Shown: positions 34,230 to 44,119 of the stretch, piece by piece
Numbering within the stretch: the first letter of the stretch is position 1
How the letters are laid out: every line of letters begins with the position of its first letter
DNA from: Pedobacter sp.
Lineage (GTDB): Bacteria > Desulfobacterota > Desulfuromonadia > Desulfuromonadales > Syntrophotaleaceae
Direction: 5' to 3'
Assembly (NCBI GenBank): GCA_050253415.1
Contig: JBFWJC010000003.1
Location: 288,001 to 352,000, forward strand
DNA length: 64,000 bases
Translations under genes and position numbers: made by a program
The notes under the pieces: model-generated
Told to the model about the DNA's origin: nothing
The model's input: only the letters and a program-made list of their open reading frames with translations
Databases searched by the model: none

Positions 34230-35129
34230 ATGAAAAAGAGACCTTTCTTGATGGCCCTGCTGACACTCGGGGCCATCTTTCTTTTGTTTCTCGTATTAGC
34301 GCTGTTACTCTCGCGTTGCTCGGGTGGCATGCATGGCTTGCCTGTCGGTGGCGCACGTATCGGTGTCGTTGAGGTCAGCGGCATGCTGACCAATTCCGAG
34401 CCTACCGTTAAGCAACTCATTGATTTTAAAGAGGATGATTCCATCAAGGCAGTCATCTTGAGAGTTGACTCTCCTGGCGGAGCAGTTGCCCCCTCACAGG
34501 AGATACATGATGAGGTCGCAAGAGTGGCCGCTACTAAACCTGTTGTGGTTTCTATGGCTTCAGTGGCTGCTTCCGGTGGGTATTACGTCAGTATCCCCGC
34601 GCAACGAATTCTCGCCAATCCCGGGACCATTACGGGTAGTATTGGCGTTATTATGCAGGTAACGAACTTTCAAGATCTTTATGGTAAGTTGGGCCTAAAA
34701 AATCAGGTTGTCAAAAGTGGTGAACATAAAGATCTCGGTTCCCCACTTCGTTCTATGACCCCGCAGGATCGTCAGATTTTACAAGGGGTTATTGATGATG
34801 TTTATGATCAGTTTGTAACAGCCGTCAGTACTGGACGCAAATTGCCGCTGGAAAAGGTTAAGCCTTTAGCTGATGGTAGGATTTTTACCGGTCGTCAAGC
34901 TAAAGAGGCTGGACTTGTCGATGAATTAGGTGGTATGCGAGATGCTATAAGGGTTGCTGCTGATCTGGCTGGTATTGTTGGCGAACCCAAAATGGTTTAT
35001 CCGCCTAAAGATAAAGAAAGTTTTCTGAAATATTTTATTGAAGAATCCGCATCTCAGGTGGGACGAGCTCTGCAGCAAAAGCAGCAGGGTGCCCCGGCAA
35101 TGCAATACCTGTGGACCGGCCTTGATTAG
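34230..35129 (+). CDS. sppA: signal peptide peptidase SppA (36K type)
   Basis: RVDSPGG, AASGGYY, GSIGV and DGRIFTG motifs. Confidence 0.94.
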   Translation: MKKRPFLMALLTLGAIFLLFLVLALLLSRCSGGMHGLPVGGARIGVVEVSGMLTNSEPTVKQLIDFKEDDSIKAVILRVDSPGGAVAPSQEIHDEVARVAATKPVVVSMASVAASGGYYVSIPAQRILANPGTITGSIGVIMQVTNFQDLYGKLGLKNQVVKSGEHKDLGSPLRSMTPQDRQILQGVIDDVYDQFVTAVSTGRKLPLEKVKPLADGRIFTGRQAKEAGLVDELGGMRDAIRVAADLAGIVGEPKMVYPPKDKESFLKYFIEESASQVGRALQQKQQGAPAMQYLWTGLD

Positions 35130-35142
35130 GAGGGAAACATTC

Positions 35143-35427
35143 ATGACCAAGAGTGAGTTGATTGAAGAGCTTTCCTACATAAATGGAATGCTGAGCAAAA
35201 AAGAATCTGAGTTGGTGGTCAATACCCTACTGGATAGCATTCGTGATGCTCTGGTTGGAGGAGATCGGGTCGAGATACGGGGGTTCGGATCTTTTACGGT
35301 GCGCACTCGCGAGGCGCGAGAGGCAAGAAACCCGAAAAGTGGAGAAATCGTCGCTATTCCTGTTAAAAAAACTGCTTTCTTTAAAACTGGAAAGCAACTT
35401 CGTGAGCGGGTGGATACAGACAAGTAG
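35143..35427 (+). CDS. ihfB: integration host factor beta subunit
   Basis: MTKSELIE, RVEIRGFGSF and ARNPKSG motifs; rpsA-sppA-ihfB order. Confidence 0.9.
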   Translation: MTKSELIEELSYINGMLSKKESELVVNTLLDSIRDALVGGDRVEIRGFGSFTVRTREAREARNPKSGEIVAIPVKKTAFFKTGKQLRERVDTDK

Positions 35428-35466
35428 TAGATTCTTTGTCTTAGTTTTCCTGTAAACTCTGGAGTA

Positions 35467-35853
35467 ATGATGGAATCCAAAACTCATCTGGCTATTTCTG
35501 CTTCCCTGGTCGGGGAGATGGTTGAGATTATTCCAGGCAAGGCCACTGCTCGATTGAAGACTACCGACGAAATGGCCGCAGATGAGCGCGGGTTGTTGCA
35601 TGGCGGTTTTACTTTTGGTCTTGCTGACTATGCAGCGATGCTGGCCGTTAATGACCCACTCGTGGTTCTCGGCGGAGCCGAAGTGCGGTTTTTAGCAGCG
35701 GTGCGGTGTGGTGACGAGTTGCTGGCTACGGCTGAGCTGGAAACACAGAATGGTAAAAAGCATTGTGTGCGCTGCTTTGTCGAGTCGGGCGGGAATCGGG
35801 TTTTTGAAGGGACCTTTACCTGTTTTGTTCTTGATAAACCACTCTTATCCTGA
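35467..35853 (+). CDS. PaaI-family hotdog thioesterase
   Basis: GLLHGGFTFGLADYAAM motif. Confidence 0.85.
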   Translation: MMESKTHLAISASLVGEMVEIIPGKATARLKTTDEMAADERGLLHGGFTFGLADYAAMLAVNDPLVVLGGAEVRFLAAVRCGDELLATAELETQNGKKHCVRCFVESGGNRVFEGTFTCFVLDKPLLS

Positions 35854-35903
35854 TCCGTTTTTCGGGTAGCAGCAATGTTGACCCGCCTGCTTATTTGTTT
35901 CTT

Positions 35904-35951
35904 CAATTAATAAGAAAGCCCCGCTGATAAGCGGGGCTTTCTTATTAATTG
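35904..35951. terminator. bidirectional terminator (22-bp perfect inverted repeat)
   Basis: CAATTAATAAGAAAGCCCCGCT-GATA-AGCGGGGCTTTCTTATTAATTG. Confidence 0.85.
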
Positions 35952-35961
35952 GGTTATTCTT

Positions 35962-36143
35962 GAAGATCTCCAAGGTGCCGACTCTCGCGGAAAAATTTGA
36001 CCGGATAAAAACCTTGGTCACCGTCAGTCATTTCAGGCGTCCCACTCGGTGGTGGGCTGGCTCACCATGACATTGAACGATTGACGCGCCGATCGATATG
36101 TTGGTCAACTTTTCCATGATACTCGTGCATCTCAGAGATCTTC
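35962..36143 (-). ncRNA. ssrS: 6S RNA (SsrS)-like non-coding RNA, about 182 nt
   Basis: On the minus strand, the 5' end GAAGAUCUCUGAGAUGC pairs with the 3' end GCACCUUGGAGAUCUUC. Internal blocks (UCUCUGAGAUG, UGACCAACAUAU, GGUGAGC, GCCUGAAA, GACCAAGG, CGGCAC..GGAGAU) are colinear with E. coli 6S as I recall it. It has its own promoter and terminator and no credible ORF. Confidence 0.82.
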
Positions 36144-36163
36144 TGCCGACTTTTGTATTTAGA

Positions 36164-36191
36164 ATGCTAACACAGGCCTTGGAAGTGTCAA
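36164..36191 (-). promoter_or_regulatory. sigma70-type promoter of the 6S-like RNA
   Basis: Minus strand TTGACA(36191-36186)-16 nt ending TGT-TAGCAT(36169-36164), an extended -10. Confidence 0.6.
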
Positions 36192-36299
36192 CGGTATCAT
36201 CACTCCAGATTTGAATTTAGCGAGGACAACGATCATGCCCTGTGATACCATTCTCAGCTGTACAAAAGAAATATTCGGCTTTTACTGAAAGGAAATTCC

Positions 36300-37238
36300 G
36301 TGGCAGGTCATGTTTTTCGCATCTCTGTCGACACCGCTTGCAATGGCATGCGCCTTGATCAATTTCTTGCGCAGGCTCTTCCTGACTTTTCGCGAACTTT
36401 TGCTCGTAAAATTATTGATCTTGGTGGGGTGCATCTGGATGGTCGACGCATGCGACGCAGTTCTGTTTCCGTTGCCGCCGGGGCTTCACTGGAAGTTTTT
36501 CTCGACGACCAGGATCTTCAGGTTTTCACCCTTACGGATGAACATATTCTTTACCGGGATAACTATCTTCTCGTTATTAATAAACCTGCCGGCATTAATT
36601 CACAACCCACGCCGGCCCGTTATAAAGGCACTCTTTACGAGGCGTTGTTGCGGATGCTTGAATCTCCATATGCCAAAGGTCAAAAACCGTCTCTAGGGAT
36701 GGTGCAACGACTTGATCGTGACACCTCCGGGGTCATGGTTTTCTCCATACATACCCGTGCTCACCAGCCTCTAAGTAAAATTTTCACTGATCGTGGCGTT
36801 CAAAAAATTTATCTTGCGATGATTGAGGGCACGATGGATAAACCACAAGGGGAGTTTCGTTCGATGCTGGCGCGACAACATCGAACCAATCTGATGAAAT
36901 CGGTAGAAAAGGGCGGCAAGGAGGCTTTGACGCGCTATCGTGTTATCGAGTCCTTTGGGGATGCTACGCTGGTTGAGGTCGAAATCCCCACAGGACGTTC
37001 CCACCAGATCCGGGTGCATTTTTCCGAAGCGGGGCATCCCTTGTTGGGTGATACGAGATACGGGGGGGCTGCTTCCTGGCGTGGCATTCCCGTTGCACGT
37101 CAGATGCTTCATGCCTGGAAGTTACAGATGAAGCATCCTGTCAGTCGGGAATCAGTTGCTTTTGAAGCTCCTTATCCCTCTGATCTTTTGGAAATGCTCA
37201 ATCGCGCTCGCCTATCTGGAGATGCGGCTAGTCTGTAA
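36300..37238 (+). CDS. RluA/RluD-family pseudouridine synthase with S4 domain
   Basis: MRLDQFL, NKPAG, QRLDRDTSG, TGRSHQIRVH, GDxxYG and LHA motifs. Confidence 0.92.
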   Translation: MAGHVFRISVDTACNGMRLDQFLAQALPDFSRTFARKIIDLGGVHLDGRRMRRSSVSVAAGASLEVFLDDQDLQVFTLTDEHILYRDNYLLVINKPAGINSQPTPARYKGTLYEALLRMLESPYAKGQKPSLGMVQRLDRDTSGVMVFSIHTRAHQPLSKIFTDRGVQKIYLAMIEGTMDKPQGEFRSMLARQHRTNLMKSVEKGGKEALTRYRVIESFGDATLVEVEIPTGRSHQIRVHFSEAGHPLLGDTRYGGAASWRGIPVARQMLHAWKLQMKHPVSRESVAFEAPYPSDLLEMLNRARLSGDAASL

Positions 37239-37303
37239 ATACATACAGCTCATGCTTTTTTGATTATCATTTTTTCAGGATTCTTTCACCCGTTGAGGAA
37301 ATC

Positions 37304-38089
37304 ATGTTGACCTACCCTCATATTGACCCGATTATTTTTCGTATTGGACCCTTTGCCGTACGTTGGTACGGATTTATGTATCTTCTCGGATTCCTTGCGG
37401 CCTATCTGTTGATAAGACACCTGGCAAAGTTTCGTCATCTTGATGTTGATTCCGATCAGGTTTCCGACTTGCTGTTTTATTGTGTTATCGGTGTTATTGC
37501 CGGGGGCCGTCTCGGGTATGTATTGTTTTATGATCCCGGGTATTATTTTAATCATCCATTGCAATCCTTTGCCGTATGGCAAGGTGGGATGAGTTTTCAT
37601 GGCGGCTTGCTCGGAGTAATTATTGCGGTATTGGTCTGGTGCCGGCGCACCGGTACCAATACTTTATTGACCGGAGATATTCTGGTTACCGCTGCTACCG
37701 TGGGGTTGGGGCTTGGTCGCATCGGGAATTTTATTAACGGCGAGCTCTGGGGTCGCGCTACGACTCTTCCCTGGGGAATGGTTTTTCCCGGTGCCGGTTT
37801 AGTTGCGAGGCATCCGAGTCAGCTCTACGAGGCTTTTCTGGAAGGGGTTCTGTTGTTCGGCATCTTATGGGCACTCCATCGTAAGCGTGTGGCGACCGGG
37901 GTACCCTTTTTCGTATTTATCGGCTGTTATGGATTTTTTCGGTTGCTGGTCGAAGTCGTGCGTGAACCCGATGCCCATATTGGATTACTCTGGGGCAAGA
38001 TCTCCATGGGGCAGGTTTTGTCCCTTCCGATGATTCTGATTGGGTTTTTTGGGGTTTGGTACTGCTGGAGACGCGGGTCCCATTCATGA
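37304..38089 (+). CDS. lgt: prolipoprotein diacylglyceryl transferase
   Basis: RWYG, GGRLGY, GGMSFHGG, GRIGNFINGELWGR and HPSQLYE motifs. Confidence 0.96.
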   Translation: MLTYPHIDPIIFRIGPFAVRWYGFMYLLGFLAAYLLIRHLAKFRHLDVDSDQVSDLLFYCVIGVIAGGRLGYVLFYDPGYYFNHPLQSFAVWQGGMSFHGGLLGVIIAVLVWCRRTGTNTLLTGDILVTAATVGLGLGRIGNFINGELWGRATTLPWGMVFPGAGLVARHPSQLYEAFLEGVLLFGILWALHRKRVATGVPFFVFIGCYGFFRLLVEVVREPDAHIGLLWGKISMGQVLSLPMILIGFFGVWYCWRRGSHS

Positions 38090-38709
38090 AAGGTACGCGT
38101 GGCATTATTTACGATTGCGATGGTGTCTTGTTTGACAGCCGTCGTGCAAATCTTGCCTACTACAGCAAGGTTCTTTCCTACTTTGGGGAATTGCCTGTGT
38201 TGGATGAAGATAGCCCACGCGCCGACTTGTGCCACACCCATGCAAGCCCCGATGTTTTTCATAAACTTCTTGGCCCGGAACGGGTATCAGAAGCTCAAAT
38301 CTTCGCCGAGACTATCGACATCGAAAGCTTGTTTCCCCTGATGGCCCCGGAAAAGGGGATACCGCAGGTGCTTGATCGATTAGGTAAGCACATGGTTCTG
38401 GCTCTGGCCACGAACCGGGGACGCAATGTATGTTCGATCCTGGATTACTTTCATATGCGGAGTTATTTTAAAGCGGTTGTTACTTCCGAGGATGTGCGAC
38501 GTCCTAAGCCTGCGCCGGATATGCTGCTGCTTGCAGTGGAGAAACTTGACCTTAGACCTGATCAGGTGTTGTTTGTGGGTGATTCGGAGCTGGATCGACA
38601 GGCAGCGAGGCAGGCGGGGTTACGATTTGTGGCATATAAAGGTTGGGTCGATGGAGACCTGGTTATTCATGAACATCAGGAACTGGCTGCCTTGTTGGGG
38701 ATAGCTTGA
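38086..38709 (+). CDS. HAD-superfamily hydrolase
   Basis: DCDGVL, KPAP and VGDSxxD motifs; ATGA overlap with lgt. Confidence 0.9.
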   Translation: MKGTRGIIYDCDGVLFDSRRANLAYYSKVLSYFGELPVLDEDSPRADLCHTHASPDVFHKLLGPERVSEAQIFAETIDIESLFPLMAPEKGIPQVLDRLGKHMVLALATNRGRNVCSILDYFHMRSYFKAVVTSEDVRRPKPAPDMLLLAVEKLDLRPDQVLFVGDSELDRQAARQAGLRFVAYKGWVDGDLVIHEHQELAALLGIA

Positions 38710-38784
38710 AACAATAGTTGTTTTCAGGGGATACGAAGGTAAAAAACTATTGAAAGTTGCGTGGAGGAAGGGCAGAAAAGGCTG

Positions 38785-39204
38785 TCAGTGGAGGGTTTTC
38801 TCCATTTCCAGTACGTGGCCACCTTTAAGCTTGCGGTAGATTACTCTGTCCATGATGGTGCGAATGATGAAAATTCCGCGACCATGTTCTTCCAGGCAGG
38901 TTGCATCTGGGGGTGCCAGGGTGCAGAGATCGAATCCCTGGCCTTGGTCGTAAACTTTTATGACCAGTTTATGACGTATAAGCGTGATGGTGATGCGTAC
39001 TTCCGTCGAGGTCGGTTCCTTGGCATGCTGAATTGCATTGGCCATTGCTTCGGTCAAGACCAGGTTTATATGGTATGCAAGCTCCTCCCGGTCACCTGAG
39101 AAACGGTCCAGGGACCGGGCCATGGATTCGCCGATTTGTCCGACGAGCCCCAGATACCTGGTTTCCTTGGGGAGCGTAATGTCCAGTTCTATCCTTTCGC
39201 TCAT
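38785..39204 (-). CDS. RsbW-like anti-sigma factor/Ser kinase (HATPase_c)
   Basis: LTEAMANAIQHA, DQGQGFD and GRGIFII motifs. Confidence 0.88.
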   Translation of the reverse strand: MSERIELDITLPKETRYLGLVGQIGESMARSLDRFSGDREELAYHINLVLTEAMANAIQHAKEPTSTEVRITITLIRHKLVIKVYDQGQGFDLCTLAPPDATCLEEHGRGIFIIRTIMDRVIYRKLKGGHVLEMEKTLH

Positions 39205-39220
39205 TGAGCCTCCGCGAACA

Positions 39221-39562
39221 TCAGGGCTGAAAGCTAGCTATGGCATCCTCGGAATTGGGGAAGATTTCGAATACGCGATGCAGTCGGGTTAATTCGAACA
39301 TGGATTGTACCTGAGGCTGCAGGCCCGCAAGTTTGAGGCTGCCGTTCCTGGCACTGGCATTTTTAAACCCGGATACCAATGCTCCGAGACCTGAAGAGTC
39401 GACAAAACGAACTCCTTCCAGGTTGATAACCATGTTGTTTTTGCCATCTTCAAAAAGCGATAAAAGACGAGTTTTTAAATCAGTGCTGTTGTGTGCGTCA
39501 AGGCGTTCCTCCGCGACGGAAATCAGTACGATGTTTCCCTGCTCATTGACTTGAATGTTCAT
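39221..39562 (-). CDS. STAS-domain anti-sigma factor antagonist (RsbV-like)
   Basis: FVDSSGLGALV and FELTRL motifs; start at ATG 39562. Confidence 0.9.
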   Translation of the reverse strand: MNIQVNEQGNIVLISVAEERLDAHNSTDLKTRLLSLFEDGKNNMVINLEGVRFVDSSGLGALVSGFKNASARNGSLKLAGLQPQVQSMFELTRLHRVFEIFPNSEDAIASFQP

Positions 39563-39798
39563 CTCCGCACTCCCGGTTCTTTTATCAGCGGCCTTGAGCC
39601 GATCAGCTGCAATAATACCATGTTTCCCAACTATCAAGTAAATCGGTAGCAACCAGTCTTAAAATAGTGCCCTGTGCGGCTGCTCTCGCCTTCGAATTCA
39701 GGTCTTTTGTTTGCTGTTTTCTCAGGCTGGTCATGCAGCATCGTACGTTGACTGTAATCTGCTTTTTTAGAATGAATCACTACGATTAAGCGCCGGTT

Positions 39799-41364
39799 CT
39801 AGGCCTGGTTTAGCATCGTGCAGAGTATTTGCGCGACGATTTTCGATGTTTCGACAGTGCTGTCAACTTGCACCACATCCGGATCTTTCCCGATCGGATC
39901 GAAAGCAAGTGCTTGCCGGTCATAAAGAGCCCGTCTTCCATCGGAAGCGTCCAATCCTTGGCTTTGACGGTTGTCGAGGCGTTGCAGGGCGACTTCGCGG
40001 TCGCACGTAACGGCAATGGTCCATGCCTTCTGGCCGATTTGCTCGGCGGCCAAACGAAATCGTGCGCGTTCGTCGCGGTTGGCAAAGCTGGCGTCGACAA
40101 TGACGGTTTGTCCACTTTGCAGGGTTTGCATGGCACGCTTAAGAAGCAAATCATAAGTAGCCTGGCTGGCACTCGGACTATAGATGCCCTCTCCGAAAGC
40201 TTCATTGCAACGCTGTTCAGGAGCTATGTCTGCAAGCTCCTTTCGTATCTCGTCAGAGCGCAACAGCTTTGCACCGAGGGAGGTTTCCAGATGTCTGGCA
40301 ATGGTGGTTTTACCCACGCCCATAAGGCCGCTGATAAGGATCAATCTAGGCGCACGACATAAATAGCCAAGTGCCTGGTTGAAGTATCTTTTGGCTCGTG
40401 CCTCGGCTGCCAGTCGGTTGGTCACATCTGCGTTCTGATCGTTGCTCAAAAACGATTCGACCTTGCCGCGTACGTATGCCCGGTACACTTGATAAAAGGG
40501 AAGTAGCAGCTCAGTGTCTTCCGTCTTGCCGATAACCTCAAGATAGTTGTCGCGGACAACGGTCGCCAGGTCTTGTCGTCCCCTCAGTTCAAGATCCATA
40601 AGTAAAAATGCCAGGTCAGCAAGTACATCGGCTATGCGGAACCGACGGTTGAACTCGATGCAATCGTAAATGGCGATAGTGCCATCCAGAAAACAGATGT
40701 GTTCGCAGTGCAGATCGCCGTGGCCGTCCCGAACCCACCCCTGGGCTTCGCGCTTATTAAACAGTTCGGCTTGATGTTTTTCAAAGTCGAGGACATAGTG
40801 CTGCAGCTGGTCGAAGCTGTTGCGATCAATGGTCTTGCCGATAAACGGTTCGGTTTGGCTGAAATTTTCCTGCCAATTGTTTTTTACCACCTCCAGGTGG
40901 GGGGCGTCCGCACCCGGGCCGTAGCTTTCCAGCTGTTGATAGCGCTCGGCAATATGTCGCGCCAACACGGCCATCCGGTCGCACAGGGATGGATCATTTT
41001 TAGCCAGCAAGTGCGGCAACATGGATTCTTCGGGCAGGCGCTTCATCATGACCGCGTATTCGATCGTGTGTCCTGGCCCTTCGATGGAGAGGCAACCGTC
41101 ATGGTCGCGGATTTCAACCACGCCAAGATAGATCCCTTCACTGAACCGCTGATTAAGCCGAACTTCTTCCTGGCAGTAGAAAAATCGTTTTTCAAGGGTC
41201 GTAAAGTCGAGGAAGCCGAAATCAACAGGTTTTTTGATTTTATAGACCCGGTCTCCAACGAAATATATTCGTGAAATATGTGTTTCTTTGAACGTTATTT
41301 CCGTCTTGTCGGTGTTGTACGTTTCGGGCCTTAACAAGGCTTTATGCAAGGTTTGCGAATCCAT
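39799..41364 (-). CDS. bifunctional APH-like phosphotransferase / AAA_33 P-loop kinase
   Basis: ETHIS, YKIKKPV, HGDLH, DCIEFN and C-terminal GLMGVGKT..RSD motifs. Confidence 0.88.
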   Translation of the reverse strand: MDSQTLHKALLRPETYNTDKTEITFKETHISRIYFVGDRVYKIKKPVDFGFLDFTTLEKRFFYCQEEVRLNQRFSEGIYLGVVEIRDHDGCLSIEGPGHTIEYAVMMKRLPEESMLPHLLAKNDPSLCDRMAVLARHIAERYQQLESYGPGADAPHLEVVKNNWQENFSQTEPFIGKTIDRNSFDQLQHYVLDFEKHQAELFNKREAQGWVRDGHGDLHCEHICFLDGTIAIYDCIEFNRRFRIADVLADLAFLLMDLELRGRQDLATVVRDNYLEVIGKTEDTELLLPFYQVYRAYVRGKVESFLSNDQNADVTNRLAAEARAKRYFNQALGYLCRAPRLILISGLMGVGKTTIARHLETSLGAKLLRSDEIRKELADIAPEQRCNEAFGEGIYSPSASQATYDLLLKRAMQTLQSGQTVIVDASFANRDERARFRLAAEQIGQKAWTIAVTCDREVALQRLDNRQSQGLDASDGRRALYDRQALAFDPIGKDPDVVQVDSTVETSKIVAQILCTMLNQA

Positions 41365-41590
41365 GCGATCTCCATAGCTAAATCTTTAATATTGCAATGA
41401 CTTTAACATATTGCGGATTTCTGTAAAGGCTTTTGTCGTGGGGGTAAAGTGATTGACGGTATCCGTGTGGTATGATAATTTCATGGAGATTTTCCAGCGG
41501 CCGGCCTTGTCCCGATAGCATTGTTTTCCGGTGCCGCTTCCCCTTTACTGTCGCACTTCTCTATTTTCCTCTGCCCTGTGGGGGCTTCTG

Positions 41591-43300
41591 ATGTCCAAGC
41601 GGTGGTTACCGTATTTGCTCATTTTTTTTACTTTGCTGGGGTGTTTGTCATCCTCCTTGCCAGGTCAGGCTGTCCCTGATGATAGGGCCGGCACAGCGCC
41701 TCAAGAGTATAAGAAGCCTATTGGAAAAGCACTTTACCATTATGCCAGAGCTCGATTGTATGCTTTGGATAATCATCTTCCCGAAGCGGCTGAGGCCCTT
41801 GATAAAGCCATTAAACTGGATCCTCGGTCATCCTACCTCCGCATGATTATGGCCGAATTACAACTGGCGATTGGTGATGAAAAACAGGCGGTGCGGTCGG
41901 TAGAAGATGCTCTTATTCAGGAACCGGATTATACCGATGCTCATCTGTTGTTGGGTAATTTGTTGTTGAACAGGCAAGACTTCAAGGGAGCCATTCAGCA
42001 CCTGAGCCGGGCTGTTGAACTCGATCCGACGCAGGAGAAGATTTATCTCCAGTTGGCTGTTGCTTATGTGCGTGTTGGCGATACCGATGGCGCCATTGCG
42101 ATTCTGAAGCGTCAGTTGGTTCAAAATCCTGAATCCGTGTCTGCTCGAATAGCTCTGGCGAGGCTTTATCGGCAGTTGGGTTTAACCGCCTTGGCCGAGC
42201 AGACTTATTCCGATTTCATCGATCAACATCCGCTTGAGCCACAGGGGTATGCCGAATTGGCCAGGCTTTATCAGAGCCTCGGTAAGGGCGAACAGGCTCT
42301 AGCAACCATCAAGCGCGGAATATCCGCAAATCCTTCCGAGGATGGCATTCGTTATCAATTGGTGCGTGTTCTGGTCGAGTTAGGTCAGATCGATCAAGCG
42401 CTGGGCGAGTTACACGTCATGCTGGAGGAGAACCCGGGTCGTATAGAAGCTCAGCGGTTGGTCGGATTACTGCTGATTGAAAAAAAAGATTGGGAAGCCG
42501 CTGGCGGAGCCTTTCAACAATTGCTGGTACTTGAGCCCTTGCATGATCAGGGTTTGTTTTATCTTGGGATGGTACGGGAAAACCAGGAACGCTGGCCCGA
42601 GGCTATTGCTGTATTTGAAAAAATCGCCTCTGATTCGGATTTTTTTCTCGATGCCACCAGCCACCTTGGCTATCTGTATTATCGGACCGGACAAATTGAT
42701 AAAGCTATACAGCTACTTGAATTCCGTTTGCACAATACGGAGGGCCGTTCGCAATTATTTACTTTTCTTGCCAGTCTGTATGAAGAAAAGGACGATATGG
42801 TCAATGCAGGTGCCTGGCTGAAAAAAGGTCTTGAATCGTTCCCGGAATCGGCGGACCTGTATTATCATCGTGGTTTACTGCTTGAACGTCAGGGGGATCG
42901 AAAAGGTGCATTGGCAGATATGCGTCGCGCCATCGAACTGGATAATAAATATTATGAAGCGATGAATTTCATTGCTTATAGCTATGCCGAGCAAGGAGAG
43001 CAGCTTGAAGAGGCCCTCAAACTTGCCCGCCGTGCTCTTGAGTTTAACAATGAAGGGCACATTGTTGATACCCTTGGATGGGTCCTGTTTAAAATGGGCC
43101 GTTTCAGCGAAGCTCGTGGTGAACTCGAGACCGCTGCGGCTCTGTTGCCCAAGGATGCGCTGGTTCTTGAGCACCTTGGAGATCTTTATCTTAAACTCGA
43201 ACTGCTGGACAAGGCCTCTGCCATTTATGGCCGGGCATTGGAACTGAGCCCCGATAATGAACAGCTTCGCAAAAAATTACAGCAGCTTGCGCCTCGATAA
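41591..43300 (+). CDS. TPR-repeat lipoprotein
   Basis: Lipobox-like LLGC, many TPR helices, NFIAYSYAE...DTLGWV...EHLGD C-terminus. Confidence 0.88.
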   Translation: MSKRWLPYLLIFFTLLGCLSSSLPGQAVPDDRAGTAPQEYKKPIGKALYHYARARLYALDNHLPEAAEALDKAIKLDPRSSYLRMIMAELQLAIGDEKQAVRSVEDALIQEPDYTDAHLLLGNLLLNRQDFKGAIQHLSRAVELDPTQEKIYLQLAVAYVRVGDTDGAIAILKRQLVQNPESVSARIALARLYRQLGLTALAEQTYSDFIDQHPLEPQGYAELARLYQSLGKGEQALATIKRGISANPSEDGIRYQLVRVLVELGQIDQALGELHVMLEENPGRIEAQRLVGLLLIEKKDWEAAGGAFQQLLVLEPLHDQGLFYLGMVRENQERWPEAIAVFEKIASDSDFFLDATSHLGYLYYRTGQIDKAIQLLEFRLHNTEGRSQLFTFLASLYEEKDDMVNAGAWLKKGLESFPESADLYYHRGLLLERQGDRKGALADMRRAIELDNKYYEAMNFIAYSYAEQGEQLEEALKLARRALEFNNEGHIVDTLGWVLFKMGRFSEARGELETAAALLPKDALVLEHLGDLYLKLELLDKASAIYGRALELSPDNEQLRKKLQQLAPR

Positions 43301-44078
43301 TAAGACCGGCATTTTCCGCCTGTTGTTGCTGCTGGTACTGCCTGCAGTGGCTTTGCTGGCGAGTTGTGCTCCGGTGCGGATGCCTGAGCCAACGCTTGCA
43401 CCTGTATCCGCAGGCGAACTTCTGCAAAGCCTCAGGGCTCAGGGACAGCGTCATCAGACCCTGCAGGGAACGGTTTCACTGCGGATGACCCACAATGGTG
43501 AGCGGCACAGTGTCAAACAGGTTTTGCTGCTGCAGCGGCCGGATATGTTCCGTGCGGAAGTACTGGGTCCTTTCGGGCAACCTGTCATGACCGTGGCTGC
43601 CGCCGGAGACCGTCTGTCGGCTTTTATCCCCGGAGAATCCCGGTTTTATTCGGGGTCCGCAACCTCGGAAAATCTTTATCGACTAGTGCGTTTACCGTTG
43701 GAGGTAAAGCAACTGGTGCAATTCGTTTTTTACGATGTGCCGCTATTGCCGGAGTCGTCCGGTGGGGTTTTGTTGGAGAATGGTTTCTATGTTATTAATC
43801 GGGAAAGTGCCGACGGTCGTCGTCAGGAACTGCGCTTCGATGAGCAGCGGCGTTTGCGGCAGGTTCGGTATTTTTCAAACCAAATCGAACTCCTGCAGGC
43901 AACCTATGATGATGTCAGGGACGAAGACGGTCTGCCACTGACTTTGCGTCTGAATCTTCCAGAGGACGATATGGAAGTTGAACTCGTGTGGCGTGACGTA
44001 CGCTCCAATGGAGAACTCCTCTCGAGCCGTTTTTATCTGGTGCCGCCCCCCGGGGTGCAGGTGCTGGCCTTGCCATGA
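43287..44078 (+). CDS. LolB-like/DUF4292 lipoprotein
   Basis: Lipobox LASC and RAEVLGPFGQP; follows the TPR gene; start uncertain (43257 or TTG 43287). Confidence 0.65.
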   Translation: MRLDNKTGIFRLLLLLVLPAVALLASCAPVRMPEPTLAPVSAGELLQSLRAQGQRHQTLQGTVSLRMTHNGERHSVKQVLLLQRPDMFRAEVLGPFGQPVMTVAAAGDRLSAFIPGESRFYSGSATSENLYRLVRLPLEVKQLVQFVFYDVPLLPESSGGVLLENGFYVINRESADGRRQELRFDEQRRLRQVRYFSNQIELLQATYDDVRDEDGLPLTLRLNLPEDDMEVELVWRDVRSNGELLSSRFYLVPPPGVQVLALP

Positions 44079-44119
44079 TTTTTCCTTCTCTGAATCAGGC
44101 CGTCAGGAGATGTTTCTTG

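Noticed and set aside
32453..34456. 667-aa antisense ORF over rpsA (similar cases at 1471-3204, 7747-9042, 27425-28390 and 62191-63480)
   Set aside because: These are shadow frames of well-conserved genes. Codon bias depletes antisense stops, and the translations show no protein motifs.
35953..36130. Small protein gene (e.g. a ribosomal protein) in the thioesterase-rluD gap
   Set aside because: Minus-strand ATG frames close within about 30 codons with no recognisable product. The 6S RNA model explains the region better.
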